From Promethearchaeota archaeon (GTDB lineage: Archaea > Asgardarchaeota > Lokiarchaeia > Sigyniarchaeales > SOKP01): DNA of 64,000 nt. The DNA is taken from NCBI GenBank assembly GCA_019057795.1, contig JAHLWS010000034.1, positions 1 to 64,000 on the forward strand, written 5' to 3'. The position numbers were made by a program, and so were the translations under genes. The notes under the pieces were generated by a model, which saw only the letters and a program-made list of their open reading frames with translations, was not told the DNA's origin and made no database searches. Shown piece after piece: positions 36,785-47,308 of the stretch (its first letter is position 1; each line of letters begins with the position of its first letter).

Positions 36785-39700
36785 TTGTCAAATCTAAAAA
36801 AAAGAGTTTCGGAACATATTACCTTACTAGATAATTACAAATTGTTATTTGACAAAACTCCGATTTCTATAACATTATTAGATCTAAATAGCGTTATAAT
36901 TGATGTTAATTCATCAACTGAAAATTTACTGGGATTTAAACGGGAGAAATTAATTGGTAATAATTTTACGGATCTTTATAAATTATCTCCTAAAGAAAAA
37001 GCTCCTATGAACAAGATTTTTGCTGAATTAGTTAAAGGGAGTACTTTTGGCCCAGAAGATATTCAAGTTTATAATAAGGATAAAAAATTTATTTGGGTTA
37101 ATATATTTGCTTGCAAAATAGAAATAGGGAAAAAATTCTATATTCAAGTTTTAACACAAGATATAAGCCAACGCAAATTATTAGAACGAAGAATTGAAGA
37201 ATCGGAGAGGAGATATAGGGGATTATACGAATCATCTCCAATTGCTTTGACGTTAACTGATAGCAATGGTGTTATATTAGATGTTAATTCTGCTACAGAA
37301 AAAATCTTTGGATTAAAAAAAAGTGAAGTAATAGGAAAAAAATATTTTGAATTAGGAATTTTTTCACAGGAACAAATTGAGAGATTTACAAAAGATTATG
37401 AAGAAGCTTTAAAAGGAAAAAAAATCAGCCCGAGAGAAGTTCAAATAAAAAGAAAAGACGGTACCAATGCATGGCTTAGCGTTCAAAATTCTCTAAAAAA
37501 AATTGGAAATGAAATATTAATAGAAGGTATAACCCAAGATATTACCGAAAGGAAAAAGGCAGGGCTAAAATTAATCAAATCCGAAGAAAAGTATAGAAAA
37601 TTGGCGGATTCTCTGCCAGAAGTTATTTTTGAAATAGATTTAAGTTATAATATAACATATACAAATTCAATCGCAACTAAAATCTTTGGATATTCAAATG
37701 AAGAATTCAAGAAAGGAATGAAAATATTTCAATTTGTATCATTTGACGATAAAGAATCGGCTTTAAAACAAACACAGCAATTATTTAAAGGCGAATATTT
37801 AAAACCATTAGTTTTGAAGCTAAAAAGAAAAGATGGAACGTTTTTTTTTGCTAATATTTATGCAAGCCGAATTTTTAAACATAAAAAAGTTGTCGGAGTA
37901 AGATGCATAATACATGATATTACAGAGATGAAAATTACTCAAGAAAAATTAATCGAATCACAGAAAAAATATAAGGATTTAGCAAATTCTTTACCAGAAG
38001 TAATTTTTGAGATTGATTTAAAGTTTAATTTAACTTATACAAACGCGATCGCGTCGAAGATTTTTGGATATTCTCACGAAGACTTTAAAAAGGGTTTAAA
38101 TATATTTAATTTCATTTCTTCTGAAGATAAAAAACGAGTTCTTAAAAATTTAAGCCGTATATTTAAAGGAGAGTTCATTGAGCCTATCATTTTACAACTA
38201 AGAAAGAAGGATAACTCCTTTTTTTACGGGACTATTAACGCAACGCCAATTTTTAAGGGATCAAAAATAGTGGGCATGAGAAGCGTAATTCATGATGTAA
38301 CAGAGATGGTAAACGCCGAAGAAAAAATAAAGGAATCTGAAGCAAAATTTCGAACGATTTCCGAGCAATCATTGATGGGCATTTCTATTATCCAAGGTGA
38401 TCGTGTAAAATACGTCAATAAAACACTTTCTGATATATTTGGATATTCTATTGAAGAAGTATTAAGCTGGAGTCCTGGAGAGTTCTTCAAAACTATTCAT
38501 CCTAAGGATAAAAAAAGAGTTATAGAATTATCAACAAAAACTGATAATGGTATCGATAATGGTGTAAGATACTATGAAGTTCGAGGAATTCATAAAAATG
38601 GTAATATTATTTGGTTGGAAATTTATAGTAAGGTAATTACGATTCAAAAAAAACCCGCAATCTTAGTGTCATATATAGATATTAGTGAAAGGAAAAAAGC
38701 AAAAGAGGAACTAAGAGAATCTGAAGAAAAATATAGATTTTTATTTGAAAAATCGCCCACTTCAATACTTCTAATTAATTCATCTGGAATGATTGTAGAT
38801 TGTAATCCCGCTTTAGAAAAATTAATTGATTACGATAGGACTGAACTTATTGGTAAGAGTTATAGCAAACTTCCATTTATGCCTTCAAAATATTTACCCG
38901 TTTTGCTTAAAAGATTTAAGCAACTTTCAGATGGAGAATCTACATCAACTATAGATCTCCAATTAATTAAAAAAGATGGGAGCCTAATATGGGTAAATTA
39001 TGAGTCCTCTTTAGTGAAAATGGGAGATAAAAAGTATATTATGGTAATGGGTCGTGATATCTCTGAGAAAAAAGAAGTAGAAATAAAGTTAAAAGAATTA
39101 AATGAAATGAGAAAGGAATTCATTGACAGAGCTTCACACGAGTTAAAGACCCCTATTACTACGGTTTATGGCGCATACCAGCTATTAGATACTTTGTATA
39201 AGGATAAATTCGATCCGGAGCAATTGGAATTAATAGAAATGGCATTTAGTGGAACAAGGAGAATAAGAAAATTAGTAGATGATTTGCTTGATGTTTCTAA
39301 AATAGACTCTAATGTATTTAAATTAAACAAAAGAAAAACTAATCTTGGTAATTTGATCACAAACTGCGTTAAAGAAATGAGATATTTTATTAATAAACGC
39401 AATCATGAAATAATTATAGATCTCGAACCCGAACTTTACTTGAATATAGATGAGTCTCGAATTGAGCTTGTTTTAACGAATCTTATCTCAAATGCGATAA
39501 AATATACACCTTCGAAAGGTAAAATAAATATTAAAATAAAATCCGATGAGAAATTTGCTCAAATAACAATAAAAGATTCAGGTGTAGGTTTAACTAAAAA
39601 AGAAATAGAAGGTCTTTTCAAAAAGTTTAGCAGAGTAAAATCTCCTTTAAAGAAGGATCTCGACATGGATTTAGGAAGTACAGGGTTAGGATTATATATA

Positions 39701-39799
39701 TCAAAAGAAATTATTAAACTTCATGAAGGAGAAATCTGGGCTGAATCTGAAGGAAAAGGAAAAGGCTCCACCTTTACAGTCAAAATTCCTGTAAATTAA
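36785..39799 (+). CDS. Cytoplasmic sensor histidine kinase with six PAS domains
   Basis: Six PAS repeats ending D(I/V)(S/T); H-box ASHELKTP; N-box NLISNAIKY; DSGVG; GLGL. Confidence 0.92.
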   Translation: MSNLKKRVSEHITLLDNYKLLFDKTPISITLLDLNSVIIDVNSSTENLLGFKREKLIGNNFTDLYKLSPKEKAPMNKIFAELVKGSTFGPEDIQVYNKDKKFIWVNIFACKIEIGKKFYIQVLTQDISQRKLLERRIEESERRYRGLYESSPIALTLTDSNGVILDVNSATEKIFGLKKSEVIGKKYFELGIFSQEQIERFTKDYEEALKGKKISPREVQIKRKDGTNAWLSVQNSLKKIGNEILIEGITQDITERKKAGLKLIKSEEKYRKLADSLPEVIFEIDLSYNITYTNSIATKIFGYSNEEFKKGMKIFQFVSFDDKESALKQTQQLFKGEYLKPLVLKLKRKDGTFFFANIYASRIFKHKKVVGVRCIIHDITEMKITQEKLIESQKKYKDLANSLPEVIFEIDLKFNLTYTNAIASKIFGYSHEDFKKGLNIFNFISSEDKKRVLKNLSRIFKGEFIEPIILQLRKKDNSFFYGTINATPIFKGSKIVGMRSVIHDVTEMVNAEEKIKESEAKFRTISEQSLMGISIIQGDRVKYVNKTLSDIFGYSIEEVLSWSPGEFFKTIHPKDKKRVIELSTKTDNGIDNGVRYYEVRGIHKNGNIIWLEIYSKVITIQKKPAILVSYIDISERKKAKEELRESEEKYRFLFEKSPTSILLINSSGMIVDCNPALEKLIDYDRTELIGKSYSKLPFMPSKYLPVLLKRFKQLSDGESTSTIDLQLIKKDGSLIWVNYESSLVKMGDKKYIMVMGRDISEKKEVEIKLKELNEMRKEFIDRASHELKTPITTVYGAYQLLDTLYKDKFDPEQLELIEMAFSGTRRIRKLVDDLLDVSKIDSNVFKLNKRKTNLGNLITNCVKEMRYFINKRNHEIIIDLEPELYLNIDESRIELVLTNLISNAIKYTPSKGKINIKIKSDEKFAQITIKDSGVGLTKKEIEGLFKKFSRVKSPLKKDLDMDLGSTGLGLYISKEIIKLHEGEIWAESEGKGKGSTFTVKIPVN

Positions 39800-39961
39800 T
39801 AATCCTATTTGTAATTTATCTCCCTGTATCAATAAAAACTTGTTCTTTTCAATTTTTCCACTAATTTTTTAAATAAATTCTGACCTATTATATTTAGAAT
39901 CTTTAAAAAAACCATATTTAATAATATTACCTCTATTATATTCTAAAGCATAAAGCAAAAA

Positions 39962-40978
39962 GTGGTTATTCGTTTGTCTATCGATTTTTTTAATCCGCCC
40001 TTGAAAATATTTAGCTCTTCAAGTACAAAAAAAGGTATAGAAATTGGAGGAGCTAAATCAATAATTAGCATAGATAGTTCCCATAATTTCTACAACGAGG
40101 GCAATATTTATACTGAAATGTCGTGGGCTGCGTTTTATGAAGAGGAAGGGTTAGAGGATCAAATAAATACTTTTTCTACGACTGAATATGATTCTATTCG
40201 AGAAGATCCCGAGGCTTTAGTGGATACAATTGTAAAAATTATTTATCAAATTATCAACAATCGGAAAATTTTCTATGGAATTGCGGACTTTGAGGTTGAC
40301 GCGTTCTTAGATGCAAATACGACTGTAATTCCTGGCCTTAAATTGGATTACAAAATTATTAATAAATTGTTAGAAGCTCATAAAAGAATACGCGAAAAAG
40401 GATTATTTCCCAAGATTATAATAGACGACAAAGGTATCAACAAAATTAAAATTGAATTTCAAGGAACAAAGAAAAAAAATCTTCATATCCAAGGCTCAAA
40501 ATTAGAGGATTTGATAAATCAATTACGGTTAGCAAAGGGATTTGCTGTAGGAATAGTTTGCACTTCAAGAAATGCTGCTAACTTATATATCATGAGTGAT
40601 AACATTGTTTTTAGTAAAGATGAAATACCTGAAATCTATATCGATGATGATAACTTAAAAGTAATAGAATACGGAATTAAAAAGAAATTACTATTCCCAA
40701 TATCCTGGTTTAGAATTGATATTGGTATTCGTAGTTTAGAAACCCTAGAACTGTGGGAACAAATTAAAGACAACCAAGAACTTAATAAAGCGTTTAACCA
40801 TTATGAACGCTACATAAACGCGTTAGTATTTAAGAAATTCAAGGCCGTAGCGGAATCTCAAAAAATTGGTAGGAATTCGGAGGACGATTTTTACAATATG
40901 ACGCCTAAGGAAAGAAAGAAAGCCTTAAAAGATATGGAAAAGGCAATTGAGATTCTCACAAGAGAATATAAGGAATAA
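39962..40978 (+). CDS. Hypothetical protein
   Basis: 338-aa ORF with normal composition; no motif recognised. Confidence 0.75.
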   Translation: MVIRLSIDFFNPPLKIFSSSSTKKGIEIGGAKSIISIDSSHNFYNEGNIYTEMSWAAFYEEEGLEDQINTFSTTEYDSIREDPEALVDTIVKIIYQIINNRKIFYGIADFEVDAFLDANTTVIPGLKLDYKIINKLLEAHKRIREKGLFPKIIIDDKGINKIKIEFQGTKKKNLHIQGSKLEDLINQLRLAKGFAVGIVCTSRNAANLYIMSDNIVFSKDEIPEIYIDDDNLKVIEYGIKKKLLFPISWFRIDIGIRSLETLELWEQIKDNQELNKAFNHYERYINALVFKKFKAVAESQKIGRNSEDDFYNMTPKERKKALKDMEKAIEILTREYKE

Positions 40979-40982
40979 AATA

Positions 40983-41288
40983 CTAACCTTTTAATATTCT
41001 TGGCGCTTTAAAATGACCATCCTTAGTATGCTTAGCGTTTTTTAACGCTTCTTCGTTTGAAAGCGATTCCCATGGAACATCTTCTCTAAACACGTTTTTT
41101 AGACCCTCGATGGGGTGTGTCATCGGTTCAACATTCGAAGTATCTAAATCGTTTAACTTCTTGAAATAGTTAAGTATATCTCCTAACTGTTTAGCCAATT
41201 TCTCTTTCTCTTCCTCACTTAAATCTAATAAAGCTAATTTAGATACATGTTCCAACGTCTCTTTTGAGAAATCTTCCTTTTTTGACAT
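40983..41288 (-). CDS. gatC: Asp/Glu-tRNA amidotransferase subunit C
   Basis: HVSKLALL, LDTSNVEP, FRED and FKAPRI motifs. Confidence 0.92.
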   Translation of the reverse strand: MSKKEDFSKETLEHVSKLALLDLSEEEKEKLAKQLGDILNYFKKLNDLDTSNVEPMTHPIEGLKNVFREDVPWESLSNEEALKNAKHTKDGHFKAPRILKG

Positions 41289-41447
41289 ATTTAACTCGAT
41301 AACGAAATTAAATTCTTCAGAAATTGTATTATTTGATTGTAATTAATCTTAATCACCTTAAATAATTATTTTAAAGCTAATCGTAATAAACGAATTTCTA
41401 TAAACAATAACAAAAAGAGTTAATTACCTTATACTTTTTTATTAAGT

Positions 41448-41810
41448 ATGACCGATAAAGTCGATAAAGAAGATCTAAGATATGAAATTCCTACTCACGC
41501 TTTTATTGCCCTTGCTCGAAGGGGCATGGAAAAAATCTCTCTAGACCAATGTTTTCTAAAAAATTGCGATAATGATGTCCCTAAACTATTAGAACCATTT
41601 AAGAAAGAAGAATTTGAGGACGATCAGAAGCATGTTAAGAAAATTTACGTTAAGTGTAAGAAATGTAATGGGATTTATATTTTAAAATTGGAAACCATTA
41701 AACGCGTAGCTAAATCTACTAAAGAAGAAAACCAAGAACCCCTTTCTATGGGAATAGTATATGCGTTAGACGAAGATGGTAATAATTTAGGACATATAGG
41801 TTATTTTTAA
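41448..41810 (+). CDS. Hypothetical Cys4 zinc-finger protein
   Basis: CFLKNC ... CKKC. Confidence 0.65.
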   Translation: MTDKVDKEDLRYEIPTHAFIALARRGMEKISLDQCFLKNCDNDVPKLLEPFKKEEFEDDQKHVKKIYVKCKKCNGIYILKLETIKRVAKSTKEENQEPLSMGIVYALDEDGNNLGHIGYF

Positions 41811-41811
41811 C

Positions 41812-42498
41812 ATGAAGTATAATTACTTTTTATTTGATTTAGACAATTGTCTTCTTTATATTCCCAATTCTAAGGATTATTTTGATAATATTTTATTTGA
41901 AACTCTTAAACAAGGTTCAACTAAACACATTCCAGAGAGGAGCGAGAGAAATAAATTCTGGTTTTCTGGTAATGGTTATATTGATTACTTAAAAAAGTGG
42001 GGAACGAATAATGTTCACGATTTTTGGAAATGTTTTGATGAAATTGACTTTGAATATAGAAAAATTCTCGTTAAAAAAAATGAAATCTTACTTTTTGACG
42101 ATGTTAAAAGCGTTTTAGAAGAGATTTATGATGCAAACAAAAAGTTAGCAATAATATCAAACTCAGCAGATTACATTGTTGATTTCATAGTAAAAAAATT
42201 TAATATCAACAAATATTTCAATTATTTCTTTGGTTTATCGTTTGACAAGGACCAATCGATTGCTAAACCATCACCTTTAGGTGTTTTGTCAGTTTTAGAG
42301 AAATTAAAATACGACCCAAAATCAGAGAAAGCCATAATGATTGGTGATTCGATTGTAGATGTTTATGCAGCAAAAAAAGCAAATATCTCAGCATGTTTAA
42401 TAAGAAGAAATAAAAATAAGTATCCCGATGGTTATGGTGCTTGGGAATTCAACCCTGATTTTGTTATTGAGCAATTAAACGAAGTACTCAACTTCTAA
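41812..42498 (+). CDS. HAD-superfamily hydrolase (phosphoglycolate phosphatase-like)
   Basis: FDLDNCL, ISNS, KPSP and IGDSIVD motifs. Confidence 0.9.
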   Translation: MKYNYFLFDLDNCLLYIPNSKDYFDNILFETLKQGSTKHIPERSERNKFWFSGNGYIDYLKKWGTNNVHDFWKCFDEIDFEYRKILVKKNEILLFDDVKSVLEEIYDANKKLAIISNSADYIVDFIVKKFNINKYFNYFFGLSFDKDQSIAKPSPLGVLSVLEKLKYDPKSEKAIMIGDSIVDVYAAKKANISACLIRRNKNKYPDGYGAWEFNPDFVIEQLNEVLNF

Positions 42499-42836
42499 CT
42501 ACCTTAATATTATCATTTTCTAGTGTTTGCTTGTAATTCACCTACTTTTTTAGGAGGGTCATCACGGGGGAGAGAGATGAAAAAAATATAAAAAAACATT
42601 CTTTAGAGAAGAAAATCTAAAAGATACATTGTATGATCTAATTCTTCATCACTAAAACCCTTTTAGGGAGAGGATCTCCTTTCAATACGAACAATCTTAT
42701 TTTTTTAGAAAGATACACCTCGAGTGAGTATTTGAGAGAGCAAGAAAAAATTATGGAAAAAAAATAAAATTAAAATTGTTTTAAATCTAACTGACAAAAT
42801 TAAATAATTAGCTTATTTATAATTCTATAGAGAATC

Positions 42837-43076
42837 ATGACTTTGAAGACAATAAAGATTGATGAAGAATTATATAAAAAATTGTTAGAAAGAAAAAAAG
42901 AACGTGAAAGTATTTCTGATGTGATTGCACGCATGCTAAATATTCAAATAAAACCACAAAATATTACTAAATTTTTTGGATTATGGAGACGATTACCTGA
43001 AGAATATTTAAAAATCATGGAGGCAGATCGAAAAGAACTACGAGAAGATGTTAATGGGAGATTTGTGGTATCATGA
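42837..43076 (+). CDS. VapB-type antitoxin (DUF217/RHH-like)
   Basis: KTIKIDEELYKKL..K..ESISDVIARM..FFGLW. Confidence 0.8.
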   Translation: MTLKTIKIDEELYKKLLERKKERESISDVIARMLNIQIKPQNITKFFGLWRRLPEEYLKIMEADRKELREDVNGRFVVS

Positions 43077-43102
43077 TTTTTTTAGATACGAGCCAGAATT
43101 AA
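43073..43102 (+). pseudogene. Truncated VapC/PIN toxin start
   Basis: ATGA overlap with the antitoxin stop; MIFLDTS (first strand and Asp of a PIN domain), then stop after 9 codons. Confidence 0.65.
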
Positions 43103-43315
43103 GAGAGATTTTTTATAAAACCTATCCTATTATTTATTTAGTCAAGAAGGAGCATCTTGAAATTATATCTATTATATATGGAAGCCGAAAACTAAACCTT
43201 TAAATTCTTTTAGTCTAACCCTTTAAATTAACGGAATAATAGAATTTAAATGGTTAAAATTAAATAAATGAACTGATTTTTATTTAATATTATAAATCCT
43301 ACGAGAATTCCCCAG

Positions 43316-45043
43316 ATGTCGACAAAAATAGCAGAAGAAGAGTTATTAAGGAAGAAAGTATGGAAAATAATCAATATTACGCAAGCTAACCAATTATTTG
43401 TACATTCAAAGAATTTAGAAATAAAATACTTTAATGAAGATACTCAAAAAGTAAACACAAAATCATTACCAGAAATATTATCCATATGCGTGTTAAACGC
43501 CTTGGTTCCCAATTCAGCAATGATCCTAGTCGGTGGACACGGAGGTGGTAAAACTAGTCTCACAAAACTTTTAGGACGAATGTTTACAGGATACTCATTA
43601 AATGATATCGAATCTTCAATAATTCGAGGACATCCGCAACTTACCGAAGAAAAGTTAGTTGGAACTCTTAAACTAGGAAAATTAATACATAAAGGCGAAG
43701 AAGAAGTTGTATGGAGGCAATTTGTTACAAAGTTTTGGAAAATTATTGATGAAGTCAATCGTCTCACTCCCTACGCTCAAGATATTCTTTTATCTTTGTT
43801 AGCAGAAGGCACTATCAAATACTACGACGAAATTAAAAAGATTGATAAATTTACTTTATATGCAACAATTAATCCTCAAGATGTTGGGACATTTGAATTA
43901 TCGCGCCCATTTTTAGATAGGTTTGGCATTTCAATTCCTATTTCAATGCCTTCTAGTACAGATTTAGAATTAATTTTGACTGGCAAAGATGAGAAGTACT
44001 CGGGTTATGAAGAAATAATCCAAGTTCCTAAAGTCTTGACGATTGACGAGTTAATGGAGATTTGGTACTATGTGAACAGAATCGGTTTTAACGCTGAAGT
44101 GAATAATTACATCCACGCAATAATAAGAGAATATACATTATGTGCGAGGGTAGATAAGGGAAATTCTGAAAACCTCAAACCAAGCACTGGTTTATGCTCT
44201 GGTTGTCATTTTAATGCAGGACAAAATGTATGTAATAAAATCGAATCAATATTAAGTGTAAGGGTTGCAAAGGATCTTTTGAGATATTCGAAAGCTCTAA
44301 CTTGGTTGTTAGATCTTAAAAAAATTGATGTTAATATCGTCAATACTATAGCCCCTTATGTTATTTCTCATAGGGTTATTTATTCTAGAAGGGAATTAGA
44401 AAAATCGCCGTATTGGGGAAATCAATATAAATTCTCAAAAAATATTTTAAATCAAATTCAGAAGCGTTTTATAAATCGCGAAGTTTGTTATCAAATAACT
44501 AAACGATTTAGGGATGGAAATTCGGAAAAAGAAGATTTAACCACTCTTAAGAATTATCAGAAAAACGATTTAATCGTTAAATACGATTTGATTCCTTTTG
44601 TCAATTCAATTAAAGATAAAAAGTATTCTAAACTCGCCCAAAAAATAAATGTCGCCTCAAAAAGTGGAGATATTAACACGCTTGCGAATATTCGTAATAA
44701 TCTAATTGAAGATATAGATTTCTCTAACAGAGCTTATTTAATCAATTTATCTAATCAAGAATTATATAAGCAAACAGTTACAGACTATATTTTTAAATAT
44801 ATGAATAATAAAGAAATTTGGGCAGATGTTGCGAGCGAATTTCCTAAATTGGATAAGCCATTACAAGAAGCCTTTAGTAGAAGACAAACGAAACAAATTA
44901 GAACTGAAGATTTATTAATCGAAATTAACGTCACAGGGACTAACGATGACTCCTTAGTCAATATTCAAATTTCAGGTGGTTCTGAAGCCTTAAAATTAAG
45001 GGAGATTTTAGACAAATTAGATTATATTCATAAGGAGGAATAA
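43316..45043 (+). CDS. MoxR-like AAA+ ATPase
   Basis: Walker A GGHGGGKT, Walker B IIDEVNR, ATINP..GTF.L..PFLDRF, SVR. Confidence 0.85.
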   Translation: MSTKIAEEELLRKKVWKIINITQANQLFVHSKNLEIKYFNEDTQKVNTKSLPEILSICVLNALVPNSAMILVGGHGGGKTSLTKLLGRMFTGYSLNDIESSIIRGHPQLTEEKLVGTLKLGKLIHKGEEEVVWRQFVTKFWKIIDEVNRLTPYAQDILLSLLAEGTIKYYDEIKKIDKFTLYATINPQDVGTFELSRPFLDRFGISIPISMPSSTDLELILTGKDEKYSGYEEIIQVPKVLTIDELMEIWYYVNRIGFNAEVNNYIHAIIREYTLCARVDKGNSENLKPSTGLCSGCHFNAGQNVCNKIESILSVRVAKDLLRYSKALTWLLDLKKIDVNIVNTIAPYVISHRVIYSRRELEKSPYWGNQYKFSKNILNQIQKRFINREVCYQITKRFRDGNSEKEDLTTLKNYQKNDLIVKYDLIPFVNSIKDKKYSKLAQKINVASKSGDINTLANIRNNLIEDIDFSNRAYLINLSNQELYKQTVTDYIFKYMNNKEIWADVASEFPKLDKPLQEAFSRRQTKQIRTEDLLIEINVTGTNDDSLVNIQISGGSEALKLREILDKLDYIHKEE

Positions 45044-45061
45044 GATATAGAAATTTTTGAG

Positions 45062-46792
45062 ATGTCGAAATCTAGAAAAAAGAGAATAAGAAGCGCGCCA
45101 AAAAAAGATTTGGATCAAAAAGAACAACATATCATTGAATTAGCGAAAAAAGCTTGGGCTAAAACGCAAAGTGAGCTTTTTTTTCCTCCTTTAGATACGC
45201 CTAATTTTATATTCGATTACTCAAATTTAGAAGGCTTCTACATAGATCCTCAAGACAAGTGGCAGATTACTATGAATTTAGCAAATACGCCTATTTTCAT
45301 AGAAGATATAGACTATATCAATTACTTTCGTGCTATAACCCTTCATGAAGTCTCCCATTATCAAATTATTCCGTATGACGGTTTAATAAACGCTAAATTA
45401 CTTAAAGCAGCTATAAAATATGTTAATGAGAATTTTGCTCCGATAGTAGTTAATGTGTTCGCGGATTTTATTATTGATGCTAAGCTTCACAATAAAAATC
45501 CCGATTTGATCTCCTGGGAGTTGAAAAAGACTTATCAGCACATTTTAGACAAAAATCAAAATAACATGAGCGACTTCTCAAAATTCCTATTTCGGTCTTA
45601 TGAACTGCTCTTAAATATAAAGATTGCTGATAATGGTTCGTTCTCCAATGTGGAAAATGTAGCTAAAAGAGTAGTGAATGTCGTGAAAAAGAATTTTGAA
45701 GATGAGACATTATGGGAAGAAAAAGTAGCTAAAACCGCTTATCATTTAAGGACGTTGGTCAATAATACATTTACTATGGTTGGAACTGGTGTACGACACG
45801 GTAAAGAAAAAACAGAGAGGAAATCTCCGGGAAGAGGTGGGTCAAAAATCGAGTTTCCTGAAGACATCTTAGAAGTAATGGATAATCCTTTAGAAAATAA
45901 AAATTTAGATAAATTAAAAAAAGATAATAACGATGAATTAAGGCAAAAAGCAGAAGATTTTGCTAAAAATACTCCATATTCCGAATTTGGAGCTCCTGCC
46001 GGCCAAGCAGGGATATTAATTGACGGAAATCCTTTAGCTACTTGGTATAGAGGTTTGGCTAAAGACTTAATTGAAATTAAAATATACGAAGAAAAACCAG
46101 GAGGGCAAATACCCGTTTATCCTGAAGTTTGGCGCTTAGGAGAGCCAATAGATGAGTTAGATATTGTCCAAACGCTTCTAAATAGCCCAGTTATTATTCC
46201 AAATATTACAACACGAAAATGGGCGAAAAAAATAGGACAAGGGCATTTAATGGAAAAAGAAATTCCAGATTTACTAATTGTAATCGACTCTTCTGGATCT
46301 ATGAAATGGAATTACCTAGCAAAATCTCCCAGAGGGATTTATCACACCGCTCTGTTAGCTTCTTTTGCAGCGCTTCATTTTGCTGCTAAAAAAGGTGTCA
46401 AGTTTAGTATAATTAATTTTTCTAACAGAGCAGATATATGTGATTGGACAAGCAATTACCAAAAAGCAGAAAAAGTTTTGCTTAGGTATCAAGGGGGAGG
46501 AACACAATTACCCGTTAAAGCAATAATTAAACAGAGCGAAAAATCAGAAAGAGAAACTTTAATTTTTATTATTACTGATTTTGGAATTTATAATTGGGGT
46601 AGTGCTAAAAAAACCCTTTTAGATTTATCCAATAAAGGACATAAAGTTGTAGGTTTTTTTATTGGCGCCTCAAAAATACCACAAGAACGATTTAAAGATT
46701 TACTTAGCAAGATAACATTTTATGCGATTAAAAACAGTAAAGACTTAATCAATTTGGTCATAGAAGAAGTAAAGAAGTATTATTTGTCGTGA
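45062..46792 (+). CDS. vWA-domain protein with N-terminal HEXXH metallopeptidase-like domain
   Basis: LHEVSH; NVFAD; MIDAS DSSGS, GGT and ITD. Confidence 0.85.
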   Translation: MSKSRKKRIRSAPKKDLDQKEQHIIELAKKAWAKTQSELFFPPLDTPNFIFDYSNLEGFYIDPQDKWQITMNLANTPIFIEDIDYINYFRAITLHEVSHYQIIPYDGLINAKLLKAAIKYVNENFAPIVVNVFADFIIDAKLHNKNPDLISWELKKTYQHILDKNQNNMSDFSKFLFRSYELLLNIKIADNGSFSNVENVAKRVVNVVKKNFEDETLWEEKVAKTAYHLRTLVNNTFTMVGTGVRHGKEKTERKSPGRGGSKIEFPEDILEVMDNPLENKNLDKLKKDNNDELRQKAEDFAKNTPYSEFGAPAGQAGILIDGNPLATWYRGLAKDLIEIKIYEEKPGGQIPVYPEVWRLGEPIDELDIVQTLLNSPVIIPNITTRKWAKKIGQGHLMEKEIPDLLIVIDSSGSMKWNYLAKSPRGIYHTALLASFAALHFAAKKGVKFSIINFSNRADICDWTSNYQKAEKVLLRYQGGGTQLPVKAIIKQSEKSERETLIFIITDFGIYNWGSAKKTLLDLSNKGHKVVGFFIGASKIPQERFKDLLSKITFYAIKNSKDLINLVIEEVKKYYLS

Positions 46793-46829
46793 TAATTTGT
46801 CGTAAGATCTGGTTTAAAAATATTTGTTT

Positions 46830-47093
46830 TCAACGCTGTTTATTCATTTCCCGTAAATACTGTTTCATAAAGTACCTTTGGCTCTCACAATACATTAATC
46901 TTTGATTATCATTCAAATGGGTGCATCTTTTTAAGACTGTTTGAATCTCTTCAAGTAATTTAAAATTAGCTCTCTTGGCTCTTTCGGGTAGTTGATTTAA
47001 CTTAACTACAATTTCTATTTCGCTTATCTCTTCCTGAAACAAATCTTTAAGATTGAGAACTGGTTCCGAATCACTTAACCTTGAAATTATCAT
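46830..47093 (-). CDS. Small hypothetical protein
   Basis: 87-aa ORF with ATG start. Confidence 0.5.
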   Translation of the reverse strand: MIISRLSDSEPVLNLKDLFQEEISEIEIVVKLNQLPERAKRANFKLLEEIQTVLKRCTHLNDNQRLMYCESQRYFMKQYLREMNKQR

Positions 47094-47308
47094 AATTTTA
47101 TCCCTAAGGAACTATGAATATGGTTTATTCTACTTCAACAGATATTCAGATAATAGCTGTGAAATATCCACATATATATAAAAAACAGAATTCTTCTTCT
47201 TTTGAAAGTGAGTGATATGCACGTGTTACCTTTATAAACTTAATAAGCCGACTAATTAGATCTTATCTAAATTTGAGCAAAAAAAGAGATTTTAACAATA
47301 ATGTCAAA

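Noticed and set aside
42499-42836. Purine-rich intergenic segment, possibly an ncRNA or decayed gene
   Set aside because: No convincing fold or recognisable protein motif; minus-strand frames contain several stops
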